NCBI GenBank assembly: GCA_050084515.1
Contig: CM114271.1
Coordinates: forward strand, 31,992,001 to 32,056,000
Length of the DNA: 64,000 nt
DNA from: Blasia pusilla
Taxonomy: Eukaryota
Direction: 5' to 3'
How positions within the stretch are numbered: the first letter of the stretch is position 1; each line of letters starts with the position of its first letter. The position numbers were made by a program, and so were the translations under genes. This document shows, in pieces, positions 37,201 to 50,459 of the stretch. The notes under the pieces are model-generated. The model worked only from the letters and a program-made list of their open reading frames with translations, was not told the DNA's origin and made no database searches.

Positions 37201-39099
37201 AACTTTTCAAGTGGGGAGGAGATTGTATTGGACCGATCCTCACCAAATTATTGGGTGATGCTGCTATCTATGGTTTTCCTTCAACCTGGTCGCTACGGGA
37301 GATTGTCCCTATTCACAAATCAGGAAGGAAGGACTTGGTAACAAACTATCGCACTATCATGGTGGGTAGTGTTTTTGCCAAGTTGTTTGGGAAATTGGTG
37401 GAGTCGAAGTTGAGCACATGGACAGAGTCTTTCCAAAAGAGAGCACGGGTCCAAGCTGGTTTTCGTCCAACATACAACACCATCGATCATATCTTGGCCT
37501 TGCGTGTTTTATGGGAGAAATCTAAGGGCAATGGAAAAGCTTTGTTTTGCGGCTTCATCGATTTCAAGAAAGCTTTTGATATTGTACCTCGCAAGCTCTT
37601 ATGGGAAAGGTTGCAAGCCATTGGAGTTCCACAAAATCTCCTAGCAGCCGTGGCCACGTTATACCATTCCGTTCGGGCCAAGATCAAAGGTTCACAAACT
37701 CAAGAGATCTTGAGCACCATTGGAGTCATTCAAGGTTCCCCTCTCTCCCCTACAATTTTTGGAGTTTTCATAGATGATATCGAAAAGTGGTTGGAGGAAT
37801 GTGATAGTGAAGGGGTCAAGCTTGGGGACTTTGTCATCAAAGCTCTCTATTGTATGCTGAGATGATATCATATTACTAGCACGTGATGGCATTAGTTTAC
37901 AATAGCACCTCGACACTTTGGCAAGGTTTTGTACCCAGAATCAGATGGAGGTTAATATGGACAAGTCTAAAGTCATTATAGTGGGTACTAGATCCAAGTT
38001 CTCGTTCTTTTACAAAGGTCTACAATTAGAACAAGTGAAGAGTTACAAATATTTAGGCATCGATTTCTCTCATGACTATAGTTGGGCTCTTTGCGTGCAA
38101 AAGAGAGTAGAAGCTGGTTACAAAGCTCTATATTCATTTTTAAACCGGTGTAGAAGAGCTCATCTTGTGTCTTGGAGTCTAAGGAAATTCTTATTTAGGA
38201 GCTTAGTGTTACCGGTGGTCTTATATGGGACCCAAGTTTGGGGCCCTAGTTGTAAGAAGACAGGTTGGGAGCGCGTGGAAAGAGTGCAAAAGATCTTTCT
38301 ACAAGAAGAATTGGGTGTAAAAAACCAAACTCCGTATGCTATTCTTCTTGCGGAAACAGGTTTTCTTCCTCTAGAAGCTGAAGCTCTTTACTTGACCATC
38401 ACTTACATCGCAAGGGTGAGATCTCTTGATGTTTCTCGCCTCCCTCATCAAGCTTTGCGAGCCACACGTTCCATAGGGTGGATGGCGGATGTGGTGACTT
38501 GGTCTTCAAAATGGAATGTGGCAGAACGCGATTGGGACTTGAAACCGATGGCCCTCGTGAGCATCTCTGAAGCAATCTCTCAACATCATTTGGAGCGGTC
38601 ACGGGCACCAAAATGGAGTTTTATCAACTTCATGTTAATCCTATGCTTGTATATTGTGAACAAGGATACCTACTTGCTTGGGGATCTCCACGTTCTTACG
38701 ACATATTATCGCACGTCATAGAAGCGGGTCTCATAGGCTAGGAATTGAGGAAGGGCGATGGTTTAAAATTGATAGAAGTGAACTAATTTGTAGGTTATGT
38801 GACGGAGAAAATATTGAGGATGAAGAGCATGTGTTTGTTACATGTCCAAGGTATGGAGAAATAAGACTAGCTCATAAAATAGATGTGGAGAATTTCTATT
38901 CTTTACTACAGCTAGTGCCTTATGATTTAGGTTGTTATATTATGGACGTCATCATTCATCGCTCAAGTGCTCTAGGCTGTAGCTAGGAGAAGGTCTTAAG
39001 GATCTTTTTTGGTCGTGGTCAATGAATGACTTGTAATGTGTTTTTCAGCCTTTTGACCCTTTGGGTCCCACGGGCTTGATCTATTTACCATTTACCATT
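34216..39099 (+). mobile_element. LINE copy 7, full length, with 4 monomers
   Basis: Monomers at 34216, 34393, 34570 and 34747; ORF1 35008-35761; ORF2 35786-38986; tail to 39099. Confidence 0.96.
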
Positions 39100-39500
39100 A
39101 TCTTGAACATCGGCAACGGATTTGGAAAGATCGAGCATCACACTAGAACTATCTTTCAACACTTTCTTCAAAATCTCTTGCGTTGCCCTCAACTCTCGGA
39201 TTTGAATATGTGCATGGTTTAATTGAGAAGTTTGCACCTTGAATTCTTGTCGAAGCTCTTTCAATTCATGCAAGACGACTTGCACTAGATTCAAGATTTC
39301 ATCTTGAGTAGTCATCCTATCCTCGACTTCACTGCATCCTAGAAAGTATAATCAAATCTCCAACACCACACAACTTCTGCACTAGAAGTCGGTTGTGCTT
39401 GCAATTCTGAGGGCTAGGGTGCCTTCTTATACTCCACGTTTCCTCCAAATCTCAGCTTCATATGACACTCCACCTCAAAGTTATGGGCTCGACAAGATTC
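39100..39500 (-). mobile_element. LINE ORF1-start/monomer fragment, near-identical to 29300-29700
   Basis: Same sequence and same junction with a LINE tail. Confidence 0.92.
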
Positions 39501-42201
39501 TTACGTGGCATAGACGTAGCATCGGGGAAGAAATAGAGCTTTTCGGCAAAAGATATCAAAGACTTGGGATCAAGAATAGGTTTGAAGACCGTACTAATAA
39601 CCGTCTCCAAAATGATTTGGGGTCCTCATGCAGCTCCCTTGTCAAGGACTCTTGTTTTCGCCGCAAGAAAGCTCGTTTCTTAGATTTCACCAAGTATTTG
39701 TAAAGGCTCGTCATAATAAGCCGACTTGGGATATCCAAAGATTTATCAGCTGCTCGTGCCCTTGCTTGCTTGCATTGAGTCAAACCACCCATTACAAGGC
39801 GACCTCCTAGCACTTCTATCCCAGTGGCGCGGAAAGAACTTAGATGCACTATTTTTGAGCAATTCCGTTAGTTGCATACTTGCCGTGTTTGGATCAGGGC
39901 TCCATACAATGCGAGTCAAGTGTTCTTGTAAATGTAGCATATAAAGATCTTTTTTACCAGGATCTAAGCGAAACTTGGGAGAAGCTAAAATAGATTGACA
40001 TGTCGAGAAAGGAATTTCCTTTGACGGTGAGAGAGTAAACAAGAGAGGTGCATGATCGATTCAGTGAGGTTCTAGAATATCAAATGTAGAGATAAGAGAG
40101 CTATCGTGCAAGCGAGACAGAAGATAATCGATGGTGCTAGCGCCAGAGAGGAGAAACACGTATTGGAGTGAGAGTTGGGAAAATGAGAGGTTCCATTAAG
40201 AACTTTCAAATTACAAGTGGCTCCAAAGGTTAAAAAATACTCTGTCAAAGGATTTGTAGAAAGATCTGAAGAGATTCTAGACCATAAACCATCCTCATAT
40301 TCTTCGAGAAGAGGAGAAATCAAGGAATCACTGAATTGGGTAAATTGAGCAGTACGTGTGCGAGCATTGAAATTTCCAACTAGAAAGACTTCACCTTTGC
40401 TTTGATATTTGAGAACATCCCCAATAAGTCGATGGAACGGTTGACTTCGATTGTGAGTGCGTGTTGAGTAGATAGGCATGGAGAGTGGTGCAAAATAACA
40501 AAGCGCCAAATAACAATAAGATCCCCAACCAAACCAAGGCGTAGCCAATGATATTGACCCCGATATCTTGATCTTCTAGATGAATGAGAGGTAGAAATTG
40601 AGACCTGATGAAAGTAGCAATACCGCCATAACCCCTTCCTGCCCGTTGCCTTCTTTGATTCCATGTCGATCCTACCAAAGTAAACCCTTGCATCTCTGCA
40701 ATAGTATTGCTCTCATGTTCCCAAGTGTCCACAATATTGATAATATCTGCCATCTCCCAAATTGGTAGAGCACTCACATACTTTGTTGTTGAAAGGCCTC
40801 GTATATTCCACATCTACACTCTCAGCTTCTTGGATTGCTAGGTTGATAACTCTCTTTTTCTCTGGGTAACAATTGCTCGTCCATCACGTAGATAAGCAAT
40901 AAAACCTGCTTCTTGAGCCTCTTTGACCTTTGCAAGCTCCTTTCTCCTAGCTTCGACTTGTAGAGGTGTGAGATTTGGATCCAACCATATCCTCCGTCCT
41001 TTGAGAATGGCCTTGTTAGCCATGGCAGTATCACGTTGAGTTTGATCAACAAACTTGACTAGAATGGCACGAGGTTGTATGCCCGTTTTCCCAATACGAA
41101 AAGCTTGAGCCAAGTCCGGGTTATGAACATGAAGTGTATCAACCAAGAACTTGGTGACAACACTCTTCACCTCTTCGCTCTCTGTTTTCCGGTAAACTGA
41201 GATTCTCACATTCTTTCTGGGCAAATTGGTTTTCTTTTTCTATCTCTTGCTCTTGTGAGAAAGAGATATGAGCAACCTTTGTAGCTTCAAAGATAAGATT
41301 TCATTTTCACTTCTAAAGTTTCAACAACCTCATGCAATCCTGAACTATTGGGAGTAGTCACCAAGGATGATGCCTTCTCTTGAACATCCCATAATAGATT
41401 TGGAAAAGATCCAAAGATCACACTAGAACTATCTTTCAACACTTTCTTCAGAACCTCTTGCGTTGCCTTCAACTCTCGGATTTGAATATGTGCATGGTTT
41501 AATTGAGAAGTTTGTACCTTGAATTCTTGTCGAAGCTCTTTAACTTCATGCAAGACGACTTGCACTAGATTCAAGATTTCGTCTTGAGTGGTCATCCTGT
41601 AGTCGACTTCACTGCATCCCAGAAAGTATAATTGAATCTCCAACACCACACAACTTCTGCTCTAGAAGTTGGTTGTACTTGAAATTTCTAGGATCAAGAC
41701 GTTTCTAGACATTCTACGTGGAGTCCAAATCTCAGCTTCATATGACACTCCACCTCAAAGTTATGGCCTCGGCAAGATTCAGATCTGAAATGCTCAAATC
41801 TAGAAGTGCAGAAACTCAAATCTCTCACAACTTCGTGTGTATAACTCGATTGTGCTTGCAAATCTGAGGGCTAGGGCACCTCTTTATACTCCACGTCGCC
41901 TCCAAATCTCAGCTTCATGTGACACTCCACCTCAAAGTTATGGCCTCGGAAAGATTCAGATCTGAAATGCTCAAATCTAGAAGTGCAAAAACTCAAATCT
42001 CTCACAACTTCGTGTGTATAACTCGGTTGTGCTTGCAAATCTGAGGGCTAGGGCACCTCTTTATACTCCACGTTGCCTCCAAATCTCAGCTTCATATGAC
42101 ACTCCACCTCAAAGTTATGGCCTCGGCAAGATTCAGATCTGAAATGCTCAAATCTAGAAGTGCAGAAACTCAAATCTCTCACAACTTCGTGTGTATAACT
42201 C
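39501..42201 (-). mobile_element. LINE copy 8, 5' half (3 monomers, ORF1, endonuclease), 3'-truncated
   Basis: Monomers ~41680-42201; ORF1 41595-40838; APE domain from 40813 downwards. Confidence 0.94.
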
Positions 42202-42399
42202 CATGAAACTGAAGATAAGAATATCCTCTATGTAATACTGTAGAAAATCCAAGCTAGCCAGAATCCTATCCATTCAACCCAAATGGAAAGAATTGTCATT
42301 AATTTAAACAATCTCTCCCTAACCAATCTATCCTCCAAAATTTTGTGGGGGCTACTGTTGATGTGAGCAATGACACTCACATTTGCCTCTTCTCAGCCA

Positions 42400-43345
42400 T
42401 ACGACCCATATCTAGCTAGACTCACTATCCATATTATATAGTTGAGGTCCATTTTCTGCCCCAACACTTGTCTCTATGATGCCTTTGATATATGTGGCAA
42501 CACTGTAGTAGCCATAGCAAACCCCATGGCACGGTCACTTTGATCAACAGCAGGCTCCTCAATTTCTCAAGTCTCCTCATTCCCTATCATGCTTGGCCGT
42601 ATGTGAAGAAAGGCACGGTATATTGGGAAGCTCACCAACGTAGGTGAGGCTGGCCTCAACTCCCCCTAACTATTGGCTATCGCCAACAATTGTCTATTAT
42701 TTTGCGACATCACATAAGCTTGACTCCCTGGACTCAAGATAGCATCCATTGTTTCGTGTGGTGCTCTTTGAATTCCATCATAAGCTCCTCTCAATACCTC
42801 CAATGGAAGAAGGTTTGTCCATCATAACCGTGGATGGTGTGTGTGCGATCTAACTCTCACCACATCCAAAAATATGGTAGGTTTCAACCATGACTTCACC
42901 TAATGCACAATCGTCATCATTTGTGCATTGTTATCTCCCAAAAATGGCTCGTTCTCCATAACGTATGTTGGAGTATAAGTTTGACTCTATTGCAAGTATT
43001 AGGACACTACCTGACCTTGGATACTGCAATCCAAACCCTCAACTAGCCAATGAATGACCTTGACATGGCCATCCATAAATCACCAAATGAATAGTGCCAA
43101 CTCTATCAAGGTCGTACGCCCCCAACAACAAAATGTTGGCGGGTTGTATGTGTTGATATCCTCCAATGCAGAGACCGCAAATAAGTAATGATACATGTGG
43201 ATCAACCTTGCCACATGGCGCAATAAGACTCGTCATGCGATCGCATCTTTCTCCATATAAAGGTATTGATGCACACATATGCTTCCCTCCAATACCGAAC
43301 CCAATCCCTTGCTGATCCCTTCAAAGAGATCTAACACTCTGACAT
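42400..43345 (-). pseudogene. Old, degenerate gypsy-borne C5 cytosine methyltransferase domain
   Basis: VRVLDLFEGISKGL (motif I), IHLVIYGWPCQGHS (motif IV), YVMENEP (motif VI), RAMGF..RQVLGQKMDLN (motifs IX/X); colinear with 59560-60505. Confidence 0.8.
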
Positions 43346-43964
43346 CCAATGGTGTCATCGCCTCCACTCTAGAAGCTCAATTGTCACTAAATTCCATCTC
43401 CTCCAAGATGAAGGAACAACTCCAGGCCTGCCTCATAAGGTTATTTGCACTCCTTTTCAAATCACAACTCATACCACAACCACAACGGTAAAGAGATTTT
43501 AATAGCATGGGAAGAGACACCCATCATGGCATGTCTCTCCATGGGACTATCCGCCATCAGGATGTCCTCTGCATGTGCATTCCCCTCCAACAACTCTCTT
43601 CACCCGTTAGCACCATTTGTATGTGCTCCCAACGTGATCACCGTATAGTCATGTGGTCAATCACCTCGTTCTGCAAATTGCACAAGTAACAAACTCATCC
43701 GAGCATAAGCAACGGACTCCTTAAAAAATCTAGGATGAATCTTAGGGGTTATAATATCGTATTATCTATTGACACATCGTATAACTTTGTTGTTGTAGCA
43801 ATCGCACATGTACGTACCATAGCACTATTCGTGTAATGCTCCGACTGAACTTTAACAACTACGTGTTGTTGAATGATGTACTACATGGGTGACAATTGAA
43901 GTGAGCCAAATTCAAAAAATGATAACCTCAACACAACCCTTCCTACCCATAAATGTTAAAATGA

Positions 43965-44290
43965 AAAATGGTAAATAAATCAAACCGTAGGACCCTATGC
44001 CTAAAAGTATCAAAAATAATACACTAAATTAGAAAAAGACCATGTAAGCCTTATCCTAGCCAATGCTAAGAATTCTTAAGTGATGAATAATGGCATCCTT
44101 GTTATAAATTTAAATTATAAAAAAAAAAAAAAATTCTCCACATCTATTTTATGAACTAGTGTAACCCTTTCATACCGAGGACACATAGCAAACACATGTT
44201 CTTCGTCCTCTACATTTCCTATGTCACATAACCTATGTATTCGTCCACTTCTATGGCTGTTGAGTCAATGTCCTTCAATTCATAGTTTAC
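43965..44290 (-). mobile_element. Ancient, diverged LINE 3'-end fragment
   Basis: Recognisable ATGGTAAATA tail and RLCD..NVEDEEHV..HKIDVENF remnants. Confidence 0.7.
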
Positions 44291-45720
44291 AATTACCAAT
44301 CTCATCCAACAACCCAACACTACCCAGACCCAAGGTATTTGGCTGACTTATTGTCTCATGTGGTGCCCATGATATTTGGATTCTTGGAGTTCTCAGCTTT
44401 ATTACTTCACCATTTTCTATTTTTCAATTTGGATAAGACCATGGGACATTCCTGGAAGACTTCTAGACCACTTTTGCAAACCATGTCTAGTCCAATTCAA
44501 GCTTGGAAGCCGATCATCACCCAACCATTACTACATTGGGAAGTAACCATAATGTACCCTTATGGAACTTCCCAATCGCGAAGGGGTTCATAAAGTATTG
44601 AAGATGTATGGCTCTTCTATATTGTGTTATTTTGAAATTGACACTTTTCCTTGAGAACAACCTCCACCCCGGGCTGTGAGTTCAGGAAGTACCCTCCGGG
44701 CCTGGTGGAGAGTACCAAAGAGAGGGTGGTAATTATTATGCCCATTGTCCAGTGAGAATATAGTCATGTGGATTCAAACCATACCAGAAGTAAACCTCAA
44801 ATAGTCTCGCAACCCATCCCGTGCAAGTTCCCCCAAGGAAAGATATCATTTCCAATTCAGTCAGAGACACGCTAAGAGAACTCTACTTCAGTGACATTTG
44901 CACAAACATTTCCAACCCAGAAAGCACACACTGCACTTGACTCATGTTCAGGCGTCCACTTCTCTGGGTCAAAAGAACAGCAGGCTGTCGGGAGCCAAAA
45001 AGAAAAGCAGTACTTTCTAGATAATGAAATAATCACTCACTTCACAATTGGAGCCTTGGTATGGAAAAGTTAGAACAAGTAAGGGCAGTTTGCTCCAAGT
45101 GCAGAATTTCATTGACAGATTAAGACTTTACACTGGTCTGCACAGATATACATTTTCGTTGTGTGGAAGAGAAACACCTCCACCCTGGATGCCACCAACT
45201 TACAAAGAATTAAGGCTAGAAAAATTATCCTTTGGATGTCGCAAGATACCCCCCCTTGTACATCCACCTTGGACACCCTCTACTTATACCAGTCTCGAAC
45301 ATAAAAAGACTCAACTGTAGGGAAAACAAAACCACCCAGAGTGGGGCCCAGAATCTTCTCCATATGCTCAACCTATAGCCGAAGAGCACCTGTTGCTCGC
45401 ACGAGGATTGCACACCCAATCAACAGGTCCTTCCCAAATTCCAAAGGCTCTTCAAACTCATTCAAATCAAGATGCAGTGGTGGAATTGAATCAACTGCAC
45501 ATTCAGAAAGCTTTAGTCAGACACTTTTGTAGATAGTTTCCCCAGCCATATAACTCACCTTAAATCGCAGTCCCTTCAGGAACAGACCTTTCAGTATTGT
45601 ATTTTTTCATTGTCCTAATAAAGCAATACTGAACAACCTAACTTGAAAGGACAAAAATAAAATGAGGACAATCAAATGTGTGCAATTTCAGGATGTGATC
45701 AACTTGACAAACCTTCTATA

Positions 45721-48605
45721 TTACGCTCCAGTAGCATAAAGTCGGGTCCATTCCCTTGCTGTGCATCCCATGAGTAGAGTAAATATTCTTTGCAGTTCTA
45801 TTGCATCCAACTGAATGACTATCTACTGTGCCTTGACAGCTCATCAACTACAGTTCCACAGTAACTGTGGCTAGACTTTCAAATAGATATTCTGCCCAAC
45901 ATCCATATAGAATAGAACTGCTGCACAACTTCACAAAACTCATAATGACCAACCTGTTGCAACAGCTTGAGCTTCATCTGTTTTCCAGTGCTTGGCAATA
46001 TTCTCAGCTAATGGATCATCAGGGTTGGGAGCACTTAAAAGTGCTTGAATGCTGTTCAGAGCACAACAATCAGACGACCATTTGTCTTATAAAGAGTTGC
46101 TGGTCGTCCTTAACATACTCGGAACAATTTTACCCTACAGATAACCACAAGCCTCAGACAAACTCTGTGAATTTGAAGAGCAAGACTATGTTTATCATCA
46201 AGAATATCCAAGAAGATTCTGCCCCACTATACAGCACACAGAACAGTATTACCTTACACATAGTCACTAACCTCAGTAGGACTGTGCGGATTTGAAGAGC
46301 AGGACTCCACTTGTCCTTCAGAATATCCAAGCAGATCCTCCCCAACTAGAGCATAGTGCAGCAAGTTAGGAAGGAATATATGACACTTGTCCCCAAACTG
46401 AAGAGAATTCAATGCTGAGGATTCCTGTTGCATTCTCAGATGTCATTCATGCTGAATCTCTATACCACTTTTCAAGACATCAGCGGCATTCATCAATGAC
46501 CAGAAATCTCGCCTTAGTTTTGTAGTACCTTGTCAATGTTTGGATGGTAGATCTTTGTCAAAAATCGAACCTGTTGAGGAACTCTAGTCAGGGGCTCAGC
46601 TTACCGAAGAGATGAAATACCCATGTTTCACGTTACAATGAATTCAGAAATTATAACTCAGTTCTACTAGTCAGTAGACTACTTTAACCACACACGCCTT
46701 CACATTCTAGCCAACACCTAAACTAGTGGTTCAAAGTGAGCAAACCCATAATTCGAGGAAATCTTCCTTTCCCACGTTACAGTTCAAAGAGTGCAGTCAA
46801 GGACCCCAGTTCATTAATAACATAACTAAAACTCGCACATCAGACTCCAGTGGTCAGTCACAATGAGCCTAATGATAAAAGTCCTGTGAACATACAAACT
46901 CAGAACCTGGTTCAAATGTCACAGTTCACCTCCATGAGTGGTAACAATCTTCTCTCAGATGCATGTTTATGTGTCCAATCTGCAACTGTAGTTATCCCCT
47001 TCCCAAGGAATGTACTTAAGAACATTGATTTGAACAAACAAGTTTGACCCCGACTATTCTTGACTAGGGTGTTGATTTCTGATCCAATGCATCCATTGGC
47101 TGAAAAAAACTTGCAGCCACAATATCTGTCTCCAAATACATCCGTCAAAATATAAGGGAGTACACCTTCTAAGCTCATGAAATGCTCACCTTTGGAGCAG
47201 CCATGGGATATTCTTCAGGTAGGAAGAGCTCCAACTTGAACACACCACCTGCAGAACAAAGGTTTTCAGAGACTTGCACATGCAGTGTGTATCTTGGACA
47301 GAAAAGTCTCCAACTATTTCGCTTCCCACACAACCATAACACAAAAACAAAAGGGAGTGAAGATTACTTCAACTCATTCTCCTCAAGGGAACTTTGCTAT
47401 AACAGTCACATCCCAGTATAGGCAGAGGTCATAAAGCCCAGCAGCAATTCCAAAGAATTTTTAACCCAATATCTGCCCCACCAGCCCAGGAGCCAAAATA
47501 AGAGCCCAACCCTATCACTGGGAAGAAACTTCCACATGACACTACGGATTTTCTTTCTTCTCTCTTTATTTCATTTCGCTAGTTTAGACAACTTGAAGTT
47601 ATAGCTCCAAATTCCTTCTTAGGATAAGGCATACGTCCCTCAAACCCAGAAAATAAACATACCTTCATTATTAGGAAAATTCAGATACATCCCATGGCTT
47701 GATTTGGCCCTTTCACAGGTAACCGGTTCGTAATTACCCCCACAAAGGTTCGTGGAACGTACAGAACCCTAATTACTTCCGACTGAAAACAGCCAATCAA
47801 CTTGCTGACTGTCCTTGATATCTACACAGATAGATTGAAATTGAGAACATTAAGCTCACCCTCATAAGGTGATTGAGTTGGCCCCAATATCATGACATTG
47901 AAATACCGCAGGTTTTCCTCCGAAGGTGAAGCACTTATGCCTGGCGCTGCAGCACAAAGACACAAGCAGTCTAACGTTGGTGCCCCAGAGATTAAACAGG
48001 AGAAACCCAATCACTGTATGGCATTCTACAGGAAGGATCCCGAAACTGAGAAGTCCTCGTGAAGTTCAGCGATCATGAAATCATGAAATGTCGGATAGAA
48101 TCCATCACATACGAATTCACACCATCTCCAGATAATATAAGCCAACAAACTTCTTACTTTCGCAACCTACACTCGAATCATAGAAGCGAATCTTGGAGGA
48201 CTGCTCTGCGGGAGAGAGCCTTATTACCTGGTTCACTGAGCAACCGCTGTGTTTCCTGTAAAGTAGACAATCCACCCCACACCTCATCGCTTCAATCAGG
48301 ACAAGCTATAGTTCGGAAACAAAACTGAGCTCACGACATGCTCTACAACTAGCGGGGCATTCAAGCTAGAAAGAAATTCGACACTTGATCTTGTTAGGAA
48401 CGCGGACCACGACAGGCAAAACAAGAGATCATTAAGCGCACATACTGAATCCCCCGTACAAATACCGGTCGAGGACCATGAGCTCCAGGTCAAGCGCGCA
48501 AAAAATAACCACTAGTTCAAGAGACTGAATCTCCATGAGAAAGATGCCAGAGTGCACCTTGATGATCCTGCGCGGTAAATTACTATTCGCGGTGGCGGCC
48601 GACAT
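45721..48605 (-). CDS. UBC13: Ubiquitin-conjugating enzyme E2, UBC13/UBE2N type (plant UBC35/36), 157 aa, 8 exons: 48558-48605, 48228-48255, 47860-47946, 47190-47248, 46529-46570, 46272-46345, 45954-46051, 45721-45758
   Basis: All introns GT-AG with consistent phases; the spliced protein [29 protein letters not shown]...[46 protein letters not shown]...[11 protein letters not shown] has the HPN motif and the catalytic Cys. Confidence 0.97.
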
Positions 48606-48727
48606 GTTGCAGTCCGGCGTCCAAGGTCGTCCCGCCACCCACACAACAATCCTTTTGCCGCCTTCAAAAATCCTCCTGTCTAATCACCGGGCAAGCGGTG
48701 CCCCAGAATCTCCTACCAAGTTCGCTC

Positions 48728-48729
<2 letters not shown>

Positions 48730-48758
<29 letters not shown>
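48730..48758. repeat. (CT)n microsatellite, i.e. (GA)n in the UBC13 5' region
   Basis: About 14 perfect dinucleotide units, ~125 bp upstream of the ATG. Confidence 0.95.
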
Positions 48759-48762
<4 letters not shown>

Positions 48763-49531
48763 TCTCCACTTCCTTAACCTTCCTTTCCTTCGCTACCTCA
48801 ACCGCAACGCCCACCTCCGTTCTGATCGACTTCTCTTGCCCCACTTTTGTAGATCCGCGCTTCCGTCCTTTCTCGAACCCTTCCTCGTTCGACACCTTTT
48901 TCTGCTTCTCCCGATCCAATCTCCGCCCACAAGATGTGTTCCTCAGTAAACTCGCTCTAGCTAGATTCAATTCCGTCAACAATCTCACAAGGAAGCACTG
49001 AAGAAGCAAGGCACCCGAGGGAAGCAACACACCGCACCCAACTTCACCACAGTAGCATACGTTGGTAGCACAACGAAAGAAAGTGACCCAATAGAAGGCG
49101 AGGTTTCGTCCTCCCGTCTGCTGCGCTGCTTATTACAGTAGTTTAGGGCAAAGAGCTCGTCTGTCAAGAACCCTTTACCCTCACCCTATAAGATCTCATT
49201 GCAAAGGAGGTGAGTCGACCTTCAGTCTTCCGACAATGCGTCGCGCGATACGGGAGCGTCCTCTTCGTTGTATGAGAACTGCTCAAAGAGGACCGGCTCA
49301 CACTAACCTGGATTAACGGACCTTGAGGTTAAATAGTCATATCAAAATATTCTAATAACTAGTTTGCGGCCGTTGATAAATGGGGTGGGGCACCACAAGA
49401 GAGAATAAAAGGGAGTGTGATAAATGGGGTGGGAGAGAAACAAATCTCTAATTCGGAATGCTAGGTTGGGGCACCATGAGAGGAGAGAAAACTAGGGATG
49501 AGAAGTTTTGGCAACAAAAAATGCCACTAGA

Positions 49532-49578
49532 CTAGTGTGTATACGAGGTATATAGAGGATACCTCGTATACACACTAG
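49532..49578. repeat. Perfect 20-bp inverted repeat with a 7-nt loop
   Basis: CTAGTGTGTATACGAGGTAT-ATAGAGG-ATACCTCGTATACACACTAG. Confidence 0.9.
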
Positions 49579-50299
49579 AAACAGATGGAACAATTTGGAG
49601 GTTGTCAAGTGGTGTTAATATCATCAATCATGCGAATTTAACTCACACGGATCATGCGAATCACACGAATTTGTCACACGGTTCCACTGTGGACAGAATT
49701 GTTAAACTCTCATCCACGGTAGAGAGCAATCACAAAACACCATGCCCATCCAAGATGCAAAACGAAGCATACATGTAGAGGCCGTAAATAATGCTCCTAT
49801 ATTAAGCAGAAAAAACAATTTGAGTGCCATGCATAGGGGGGAGAGATCTTCCATCTTCTTTCCTCCAACTCCTCTCTTAGAGCATGTCCCCATGGAGCAT
49901 TTCTATTGTCACGGGATCCTTGTGATTGAAGATCAACGGTTGTCATTTTAGAGACCAAAGGCAGGTTGTTGGTCCATCCAGGTTGTAAAATTTATGGCAC
50001 AAAAACATAAGGGCGGTCCTTCAGATATAGAAGGACCATCGTCGGTTTTTTACATAATTTTTGCTACCCGGATATCTTTCTCGGTACCCGCAAGTTCAGA
50101 TAGAAGTGGAAGGAATTTTTGCAAAGCCCCATCAGAACCAAACGTCGGAAACCAATATGTCTCCTTGGACCAAGTATATAACCGTCGGCCTAGGACCAAT
50201 GGGACCTGGCGCCACGGTCTCCATGGGGATGGGCCCTTACTCTCTCTTCTTCAACGCTCCCCTCCTCCCTTATTCTAATGTTATCTTCATATTTACATA

Positions 50300-50459
50300 C
50301 TAGTAAGGTGCCCATGCCATGCACGGGTGCAAGAGTCAATGATACATAGTTCTTCATGCGCATTAAAAAATTGAATAGTTTATTTCAACTAAGGATTTCT
50401 TTATACATAACATTTCGCATGAAGTTACCTCCTTATTTGAATGTTCATCGTTTCCAATC
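50300..50459 (-). mobile_element. Possible Helitron 3' terminus
   Basis: Minus strand reads CCCGTGCATGGCATGGG (short hairpin), then CACCTTA-CTAG followed by T. Confidence 0.45.

Noticed and set aside
45867-46295. Plus-strand ORFs overlapping UBC13
   Set aside because: Antisense to real exons and introns, with no motifs
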